Origin: Pocillopora damicornis
Lineage: Eukaryota
Reading direction: 5' to 3'
Length of the DNA stretch: 64,000 bases
Assembly (NCBI RefSeq): GCF_003704095.1
Contig: NW_020846942.1
Span: 1,240,001 to 1,304,000 of the forward strand
In this document: piece by piece, positions 13,011-22,837 of the stretch
How positions within the stretch are numbered: the stretch's first letter is position 1
Layout of the letters: each line of letters begins with the position of its first letter
Notes under the pieces: model-generated
What the model was told of the DNA's origin: nothing
The model's input: the letters and a program-made list of their open reading frames with translations, nothing else
Database searches by the model: none
Made by a program: the position numbers and the translations under genes

Positions 13011-13245
13011 AAGGAACCAGTCATAAGTTATCCCGGGGGGAGGGGGTGGAAGGATTTTCGGGGGGACCACATGGTCTCAGGGGGGGAACGAAGGGGAGAT
13101 CTATCGTCGCTAAAAGAGTATAAACAGGGGAAAATGAAAAATTAGCTTCTAATGAGAGAGCCTTAAGGAGGAAGCAGGTGAATTCTTTTGTAAAACAGCC
13201 AAAAATCCTAAGATCCCCGAGGCGATAAATAATGGTCGGTCTATA
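13008..13245. mobile_element. G-rich TIR element; partial second copy at ~12190-12285
   Basis: Shared core (ggggg.ggg..ggatt...catggt..cagg..gaacg.aggg.g.tc.atcgtc..taaaagag.ataa) at both places; degenerate inverted ends. Confidence 0.5.
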
Positions 13246-15466
13246 ATAGTCATATAATCTGAAATAATTACAATGTCGTCCTTTTGGAAAAATGTTTATT
13301 TATGATATTTCCCCTTGAATCTTTTATCTTCTCCAACACATTTACCAGATTGTAGAAACATTATCCAGGGAAGGCAAAGATGCATTTTGCGTTCTTTTTT
13401 TAAAAGAAAGACCTTAATCGAACTAAAGCAGAAATATTACACGATTCTTTTTTCGCATTTCTTGATCTTCGAGTCACTTCAGAAAAAAAAGTTGAAAACT
13501 TGGGTAATTGTTCAGTGGTGTAGAGCAGACCAATATGCTATGGATATCACACAGAGTCGAACACACAAGAAAATATTTATCCACTCCAGGAAATTCAATC
13601 ATTTTTCTGGGATAATAATGCACTATTAGGCGCAATAATGAATATTTAAGTGCAAATGATGTGTTATTCTCGCTTGAGGCAAGAGCTTAGCATCAATTTT
13701 AATTGAAATATGCAGAACGTCTGATTTACACGGCCCAGTTTTGTCATCCACATAAAGACTAATGACAAAGTAAATTGAACGCGCTCATTTGTTTACCTGC
13801 GACCATTTTGAGGTCGGGTCTATCTTGCTTAGCAAACGTCATTCGCACTTATTTCGATGTAAATTTCGTTTTAATTAATCATTGCGGACTCGGGAATATT
13901 TTCTTATGGTTTTATAGCAAATTGGAAATAATATTCCACAACTTCATCCTTGGTCGTTTCGCCTTGAAGCTCTCAGTTCTAAAATATAAGCTAATAGAGC
14001 TTGTTTCCGCGCCTTAAAGCGAAGTTTATGAAAAAGCACTCAGATGGATATGATACGATGCGTGATGCGCACGGTGTCTTATTTGCGTGATAAAAACCAA
14101 TCGCAAACATCTGCATGTTATTTTTTCTAGATAAATTTAAAATGTTAGTCATGCGTTTCTTAATTCGGAGATGTCAGATCTCGGATATAAAGATAGATAT
14201 GTTTACGCAAAAATCTGCTTTGTAACTGCAAACTTTTCAAGTTTGGACGTTTTGTGCACAAGTGAAGATCCTGTTTTTATGCCTACTAAACGGAGGTAAC
14301 CCTACGGCTTTTGTCTAAGAGAGAAATAACTGCTTAAGGCTTTTAACGTCTTATCAAAAGCGATCATCTTTAAACATCTTAAGCAAAAGGTGTTTGAGTT
14401 GTCAGTTTTTAAACTCAACATGAAATAACAAACACGAACAGACCAAGGTGTACGTTACTAATTTTCCTCCAGTAAAGTAGTGTCCGTAAAGAAATGAAGA
14501 GCGCAGAATTTACAAATGTATTTTGTTGACAGGTGTATTTTGTAACACAGCCTTCTTAACATGTTTGCCGCTCGAATGTTTTTCTTCTTTGAGAATAAAA
14601 ACCAACAGCCCATCTCAGTTTTTAGAACTCTCCAAATGTATTCATGTTCCTATCAGATGGCGCTGGGTTAATAACCAAAGATAAATAAGCTTTGAAATTA
14701 GAAACAGCAAAAGGAAAAGAGATATATTAATATATGAAACAAAAAAACAATGAAATTATGCCGCCAAACAAAAAAACTGCATTTTGACGGCGGAATAAGA
14801 CAATGTCAAATAAAAGCTGCGGAAATTCTTTGAAATTTGATTTTCCAGATATTTCGTATGAATACGCTTCTTTACAAAATTTTTTTTCAATTTTATTTTT
14901 TTTTATCCGAATTGGTTTCATGCACACCACAACAGGAATAGGACGCCGCACATACATTGTCAATCAAATTTGAACGAGTTTGACTCTCTTGGAAATATTA
15001 ATTTATGCTGAGGATTGGAAAAGTTGTTTTCATTTTTTGAAGTCTGTGTTCAAGACCGCATACGTCTACAACGCAGCAATCGTTGGTCTAAGGTATTTGT
15101 ATAACGGTTAAATTCTCAGTTCTCTGACGGACAGAAAACAGATACCCCGCCAAGAAACCAGCCTTGCCTTTTTGATGTAATTGGACCATGTCAAGACCAG
15201 CTTCTGATTCTGCCTCGATAGGACGCCAGAGAAAATAATTGTTGTTAATGCGATAGCAAATGCAGTGCATCTGGAGTGTCGATCGTCGCCTCACGGTCAT
15301 ACCAAGCAACGAACACTAGCTGAACGATCGTCAACTGTCGCCGGAAAGTTAAAGCCGTCGTGATCGCCAAAAATCCGACCGGACACACGACGGCCATCTT
15401 GGTTGAAATTCTTCGGCTCGGGCGCGGTGTGTCCGTCGAAAAACGAAGATTTCCTTTTATTTAAGA

Positions 15467-18400
15467 ATGGGTAAGAAGCAAAGTAAAAAGCTTGACCCTG
15501 AGGTCTTGGGCGACCTTTTGAAGAACACAAAGTTCGAAGAAAAAGAACTAAAGTCGTGGTACAAAGGCTTCTTGAAAGATTGTCCGAGTGGTTACTTAAC
15601 GAAACAACAATTTATAGAAATGTACAAGAAAGTATTCGACAAAGGAGATGCCTCGAGGCTTGCTGCTTGTGTGTTTCGGCGATTTGATGTGAACGGCGAC
15701 GGCAAAATTGGTAAGTTGAATTATTTGTAATATTCTCAAGGTGGTGTTTGGTTAATCTTTGAACTGAAGAAAGCAAAAAATTCCACGAAACATAACTTGA
15801 TCCAGTTTCTTTTTTGCGCAAGTTATTTACACTTACATAACAAGACGTGAACCGCCCGAAAGAAACTCTGATAATATTTAAACCGGCTAGTCAAATTAAA
15901 AACAGCGCATCATCCGCATCGATCGAAGCCATGGAGATTAGAACTGAAGCTCCAGATAGGAAAAATGACTTAAACGAATTTTATTGATTACAACCTCTAA
16001 ATACTATCGCGGACATCATGCATTAATATCCCTAAGAAAAGAAAACCACCATTTCGGGACACTTGATTTCAATATATCTGAAAGGTGACAAAAGTCTTCA
16101 CGCGCTGGAACAATCGGGTGAAAAAAGACTTCCATTTACAATGTTTGACAAAGTGGCATGAATAATTTACCACTGGTAGGTAATTGGATTTTTGGGTCGG
16201 TTATTGAAAGAGACGGTTTTATTGGAGGGTCGTATGTTTCTCTGTGAAACGTGAATATTTTAAAATGATCTCACACGAAAAGGGAAACAACAACAGGGGT
16301 TGGAAATCGATTGAGAAAAGAATCATTACAGTCAAAATAAATGACAGAATTTGAATCAAAATAAATTTTTTCTTCAAAATACTATCACGGAAATAGCAAG
16401 GAACACTGCTATCCGGCCCCTGTAAAATCCCAGTGTTGGAAAAGTTATTGCTGTAACAAACGAACCGCCTTACCCGTAAACTGCTTAATTTTCATTAAGG
16501 AAAGTGTAAATATGCATTTTGCTGACATGAAAGCAGAAACCTAGAAATCTCTAGAGCCGCCTCTGTGTGAACTGAAAAACAGGTGCAAAATAATTTACGA
16601 GTTTTTTTCCTCATTTCAGAGTGATATTCCTCCGAAAGAGACAAATTGTCGTCTTCCGGCATAGAAGACAAAGATTTTATTTCTTTTGCGTGAAATCTAG
16701 GAAGACTTTGTGATCAGAATTGTGGTATATGATTTTTACACTTTATTTTGAGTGAAAATACTTCCACTGAAATTGCTATCGTACACGTATTTCACGCGAG
16801 TTATAATACTCCTTCGATTCACAATAACTCTGTTGTGTTACGGGCGGAATCAAAGTAACTTAATTCGATCCACGCCAACGCAGAATACGCTCTCTAAAAC
16901 TGTTCACTGCATCAAAGGCATGAATTTACATAGACACTTCCATTTTCGCATGAAATATGCAAGACTTAGTCATAACACAAACAATGGAACATTACAGCTA
17001 CATATAGTATTTTCCAATTTGTCGGTATTTCCTAAGATGTTTTCCACCGAAAACAGACACTTTTCTGTTTTTAGTAATTGACGCAAGTTCCCAAAAGTTA
17101 TTTATGTAATTTCCATGCTGTCAATTCAGCCACAGGTCTTTTATGTTAGCGACGAATTAACTAATAATATTCTCTCTTTTCTGACTTAATCTTGTTGAAT
17201 TCCAGACCTTTTTATCCCATTTGTGTGTGTTTCAAGCGTTTGGTTCAAAGCAGTCCGCATATGTTAGCAAAAAAAGAGGAAAGCCTACTGAATTTTAATG
17301 CACGTTTTGAAATATTTGCCCGCTGTTTTCATTTCAATCGAAAAGTCATTTTAAATAAGTAATTCCAAATCGGCCCCGAGAAGAGACATCCATGCTGAGA
17401 GAACCAAGCTGTACATTTTTGTGTTGTTTGGTCGTTTGTTAGGCGAAATACTGGAAGATATGAATTTCAAACACTTTTTTTCGTAACGCCCAGGCGTAAG
17501 AAGTCGGCTTAGTTGACAGAGGTCAAAAACAGAGTCATGTTTGTAAGAATTCTGCCACCCCATTGACCTAACCCTCAAAGGTATGATTCGAATTTCTGAA
17601 AAGGGTACTTACAAAATATTCTCTGGTGTTAAAAATATAGAGCTTAAGCCAGCCAAAAGTTAATTTCGAGTGTGACAGCTTAAGCTTTCATTTAGAAACT
17701 CTGGTGTGTGCGGGAAATTTTTCCCAAAGGCCTTGTCAGAGTTAATCATGTTTTACATTTGGGATGTCTTTACCACAACTTCGCCTCGTCCACTTTGTGT
17801 CACCGTTAAACGAAACGAATAACGATAGCCTAAATGCAGTTTTTTCCTGCGATATTCGTCATCGGTTCAAACTTTGTTTAGATAACGAAAGACCAGAAAT
17901 TGCTTGTAGATAAGGATTTATCGTATGGTTTGACGCAGAATTCTTGCGGGGAGCAGATTGATCACCGATTTTGTTGCTGAAAGAATCTTTTGATCTCTCA
18001 TTGTCCTCATCCGATCTTTCCGCATCCTTCGCTCTACTGCCCCATACAGCGCAGCACTAATGCACTTTTTCGCCAAATTTTCCAAGTGTTTTCATTCGCA
18101 ACAAACATTTAGTCCTTAGATTTTTGGTTACGCGAAAAAGTAAAGAAAGTTTATTTAATATTTAAAGACAGCAAAACCGGCTTGCTGTTATCAAAAGATT
18201 AATTATAAAAATGCTCTTTCTGTAATTAACAAACAGCTAAAGAAATGATTGTCATGTTGATAGTCGATCCAAGAAACTTCGCGAGTAAGATCTGCAAATA
18301 AGGAAAGCGGTTAATTAAATACCAATTAGCAAGAAATATTTTAAGGTTCGTCATTCAATGTCAAAGGGGTTTCTGTCAGCTGAGAATTAAAACAGACTTC

Positions 18401-19314
18401 CGAATATTTTTGATCGCTCAGTTTTGGTTTTGTGGAGAGATTTTTATGCGTGAATTTACATTTGTAGAGGTGAAAGAAAAAGTAATATTTGTTTTCGTTA
18501 AATTGAAGGACAAAGCTATATTCCTCACAATTTTCTTTTCACGAAAAGCTCAATTTAAAAGGCTTTAGCCCTTTAACTCCCAGTGATTAACATGTAACCT
18601 CTCCCCATAACATTCATACATTATCTTGTAAACAGGGGATAAGAATATTCAAATTCATCAGGCAGAAGTTGCTATCTTGATCCAACACCAAATTCTCGTT
18701 ACGAAGTTACAAGGAAATGTGTAGCAGCCAGAGGGGAGAATTTAGAAACAATCGTATTTGGGGGTTAAAGGATTAAAATATTTTAAACGGGAAGGGAGAC
18801 TTAAGTTTTAAGAGAATATGGAGCTTATCATCAGACTCTCGATGTTAAGCTTATAAGTGGGGGGGGGGGGGNNNNNNNNNNNNNNNNNNNNNNNNNNNNN
18901 NNNNNNNNNNNNNNNNNNNNNNNNNNNNATTTTTCAAGTGACGCGTACCAATAATTTCTGTTCACAGACTTCCGTGAATTTATGTGCTCTCTTTCGGTGT
19001 CAACCCGAGGAACGATGGAGCAAAAACTTCGTTGGGCGTTCAGTATTTACGACGTGAATGGAGATGGGTATATAACGAAACAGGAAATGTTCCGAATCGT
19101 GGACGCATTATACAAAACGATGGGTGATAATCCGGAAGAAACCGAAGGCATTCCGAACTGGGACGAACTTACTCCTGAAGAGCGCACACTTAAAGTTTTC
19201 CATAACTTTGATCAGAACAAAGACGGTGTTTTATCATTGTCGGAATTCATCGAGGGAGCCATGCGTGATAAAACCCTGGCGCTTATTTTGGAACAAGGAG
19301 CAGAGAAGACATGA
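15467..19314 (+). CDS. Neuronal calcium sensor family protein, neurocalcin/hippocalcin-like (196 aa, 2 coding exons)
   Basis: Exons 15467-15710 and 18968-19314 (phase-1 GT-AG intron, 591 nt total). N-myristoylation start [19 protein letters not shown] (inactive EF1), EF loops [24 protein letters not shown] and [12 protein letters not shown], plus [16 protein letters not shown] and TPEERT. Confidence 0.93.
18565..18776. mobile_element. TTAA/piggyBac-type MITE (subfamily A) in the NCS intron
   Basis: TTAGCCCTTTAACTCC ... GGGGTTAAAGGATTAA ends; body matches 7617 and 28877. Confidence 0.75.
18872..18928. other. Assembly gap (N run) after poly-G
   Basis: Run of N in the sequence. Confidence 0.99.
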
Positions 19315-19615
19315 GAGGGTGGCTGTTAAACAGATGTTTTTAAGAACAGGAGAAGCAACTCATTGCCTAACCCAGGTTGCTATCAGATACTCTGTCTAAC
19401 ATTATATTCGAATATGGGTAGTTTGAAGTGCGTGTTCATAGTTTAAAGAACCTACACGTAGTTTTTCATGTAGTTTGGCACCGAGGATTTAATATTTCCT
19501 TCTAAACCTTCCTCTTGGTGCCGGCCACTACGGCGCTCAACATTATGTGAGCCAGCAGTGATGTCTTTATGTCGGAGAGGAATTAATTGCTAATGAAGAG
19601 GGGATAGTCTTTTAC

Positions 19616-19900
19616 GAGGGTGGCAAAGGGTTTTTAAGTGATTTGTGATTACGACCAAAGCTTTTTGACGCGTGAATTTTACCAAAAGGCGAGGGTGATT
19701 TGTGAATTTATGAATTAGAGTGAGGCGTGATTTGCTTACTGAAATATACGTGACCGGTGAATTATTTCTTTCGGTTCGTGTAAACCTCAGAAAAGATATT
19801 TAAATTTTTCCCTTTTAAATTCGCGACGCTAGTGTACGTGATGCGTTATAAAAAATTCGTGCGTGAAATGGGATCATGACCCCTCCTTTGCTTCCCCCTA
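19616..19900. mobile_element. CGTGA-rich MITE-like element
   Basis: GAGGGTGGCAAAGGG ... CCTTTGCTTCCCCCT imperfect inverted ends; many internal (C/T)GTGA motifs. Confidence 0.5.
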
Positions 19901-20198
19901 TCGTGGTTGATCTGTTATTTTTGTGTGAATTATTCACTTTGTGTCCAAAGCAAATTAAGCTCGAAATGGTCTGTCTTTGCAGTAAGAAAAAAAAAAACTT
20001 TGTATTTAGTTTTGTACGATGCACCAATGATGTCAAATTTACCATAGCTTGTGAGACTAACTTATCATAAACGTATTCAGCAAGGAGACTTTGCTTCTCC
20101 ATCGAAGCTTTTCATCTAAAGAAGCATTATGTTCCAGGATATCTCTGCCATTGAACACTGAATGTAAAGTTTGAAAAACTGTCCTCAAACGTGCTTAA

Positions 20199-20240
20199 AC
20201 TCACATTGTGCGGGCCGCCATTTTTATCTTGCATAGCAAC
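20199..20240 (-). promoter_or_regulatory. Orphan X-box-like motif + AAAATGGCGG + splice donor
   Basis: The minus strand reads GTTGCTATGCAAG ATAAAAATGGCGGCCCGCACAAT|GTGAGT, the same layout as the DNAH2 promoter. Confidence 0.4.
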
Positions 20241-21582
20241 CTGGCCGCTAACTTTTGAAGCCTCGCTGCTGCTCAAGTTATAAAAGACCACATTATTTGA
20301 GTTCAATGACTTTTGTGTAGCTCCTATTTATCCGGATAGGCACCTTAAGAAAGAAAAGAGAAAGGAGAAAAATACAAAACCAAACAAACAAAACAAAACA
20401 AAAAAAAACAACAACAAAAAAGAGAGAGCCACACAATTTTAAGGCCAGGTTGCTAAGCGTAATCGTTAGGCAGCTTTCGAAATCTGGGTTCACTTTTTGT
20501 AACTCGAAGTGTCATTTGTTAACTTATCTGAAATGTCGGAAATGACGAATAGGGAAGTGATCTCATCTCGTGTTCTGCTTCATATTTTTATCATTGAACT
20601 TCGAGTGCATTGCCTGTGCGTTGTCCAACCAAACCCTTAGCGACTACAATAACCAATCAGAACAAAGGTATGTGTCAAAGGGGGTCAATGGAGACTCGAC
20701 ATAAACCCAAGGAAACTGTAGCGGTTGATTTGCATATAATTGGTCAGGAAAATATCGCGACTTAACTAAGCCAATCACGGAGCGAGATATTGCAAAACGA
20801 ATTCACTCCAAAATCTCTTCCGACACTCAATTTGAAATTCCTCTGACATTGACCAGTCTAATTCAAAACATAACTTCATTGTTAAATATAATTCCAAATG
20901 TTTGCGATGGTAATACAGTTGAATATTCCTCGCATGACTGTACGGTGAAAATGAGATCATGCAAAAAATTTAAATGTTTTCAAACGTTATTTCTCATGAA
21001 AAATATCCACTCTGAGATGCTAGTGCTGCAGTTTACGGAAAAGAGTTGTTGTTGTTAACCACGTTGATGTCGAGTAGCATTCAATAATAACGTTGTCTAT
21101 TTTTCTTTTTTTTGGCTAACACCCATCACTTCTGGGCCAAGTCGCACAGTCCCACAGGCTTAGGTTATAAGGTTCTCTGAAGAGTGAAGATTAAGGGTAC
21201 GAATCAAAAGGCCAAGTATGAATCAAATTTTTGAATTCGTGGCAAAAACACAAAAATTCAAATTGTCGGACATCTTTCTTTCGGGTTCACAAGTGAGAAT
21301 TTGATCACACACGTCCCACCTTCCATCCGCCATTCAGATGTATGTATCTCCTTTGAACTTTCGCCGATTTTTCCAATTTTGTTGCAACGACGCGAAAAAA
21401 AAAGGGACTTCAAAATAGTGCATATCTATTTCCTGAGCGTTATTCACCATAGTTAACAGTACTTCTGTTCACACAATGCAAGTTTCGTCTGCGGTGCCCG
21501 TCACAATTCTCCTTGAACGTAATCATGGTGCATACCAACATGTTCAAATTTGCCATGCCTTAAAATACCCATCAGGAGCAGA

Positions 21583-21848
21583 CAGAGCGCTCTCTCTTCG
21601 ATTAAGTGTCGTAAAACCAAAACCAAACTTATCAAAACGGTCAATCAGAGGAAGGGAAAATACCTTTAATCGCCAAAGAGAACTCAAAGTGAAATCAACC
21701 TGACTGTATAAAGCGCGCGGGAAAAAGCGTTTTGCGTCTGATTGGTTGAGAGAGAGGCGCGAGTTTTCTGGAGCAATAACTAAGCGAAGTAAAGCAAAAC
21801 AAGAGAAATCTTGGATTACTTTTAGCATTCAATTGAAAATCGCACTAA
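21583..21848. mobile_element. CCAAT/ATTGG-rich TIR element (abundant family)
   Basis: Ends resemble (T)AGAGCG...ATTGAGTGTCG and CACTCAATTGAAAA..GC(A/T)CTA; body with ccaatca, cgcgggaaaa and accaaaaccaaa. Related copies at ~11775, 20610, 36785, 38140, 39600, 40371, 45043, 45445, 49800, 54567, 55968, 58710 and 62270. Confidence 0.7.
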
Positions 21849-22837
21849 AATATTAGGTTAAAACATAGAGCAGACAACAGAGTTACGGACACAAAGTAAC
21901 AATATAATCAATTTTATTGAGATGGCTTATCTACAAAATTTTAAGGGAGGAGAGGAACAAAAGAATTTACAATGAAAGGCAAAAAGTACAAAAAACCAAA
22001 CAAACAAAGAAATTAAAGGCAGAAAAGAGACAAATTTTCTTCAGAGGTAGTCATGAGGCTGGGTTGTCAATTTTTAAGTAACTTCACCAGTGACCGACTG
22101 GTTATGAAATTTAGTCGTATTTCAAAAAATTATTTGTAATTACAAAAACATTTAACAGCAATAGAGAAATGTCAAAGAGAAACATGGATAATAAAAATGC
22201 ATGATTCAAGAATGTGGCATTTGGATATGTTAGCATCACTGTTAAACCCAAGGAATTGGGAACAACAGAAACATTTTTTTCACGTTGTAATGGTGATGAA
22301 AAGAAAAAGCCAGTTAGATGTGGAAAAAACTGCACTGTAAGCACCAAAAGTTGTATCATTTTAGGATTTCCTGGAATGCATACATTTCCTTATCTCTGGA
22401 TTGATTTTCCTTGACAAAGTAGGTTGAACATTTAACAAGTTCCTAGTTTTTTTACCCTGACAGTGAAAAGTCATTCTTGGCCACCAGGTATCATATTTTC
22501 CGTCATGTGGCTATAAATTTTGCTAACAATATAATCTGACAGACTACTAACCCAAAGATGAAAAGATTTCCCGATAAAACATGACCTAACTAGCCCCTTG
22601 AAAATAAGAAGGAGAATAAATAGGAGGAGGGAATGGGCAGAAGGCCAGAAATAGATTTCCAAAACAATTTGAAATACCATGCCTTGCATGAAAGCTATCC
22701 ATCCATTGGACAGCATACACTGGTACCATCTGCTACACCAAACCACCAATGTCATTTTCAAACCAAAAAAAAAAAAGAAATGAAGTTGACTGCAGCACAG
22801 TGTGACTGGGATACCCTTCATTAGCTGGTGGTGTCCT

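Noticed and set aside
14183-14300. TATA-like GATATAAAG and donor-like GAG|GTAAC as an upstream non-coding NCS exon
   Set aside because: Plausible but unsupported; no convincing acceptor before the ATG at 15467.
10427-19320. Stop-codon readthrough or selenocysteine at the TGA stops of Wnt11 and the NCS gene
   Set aside because: Both TGAs fall at the normal family C-terminus, lack the TGA-CTA context, and I saw no SECIS-like element.
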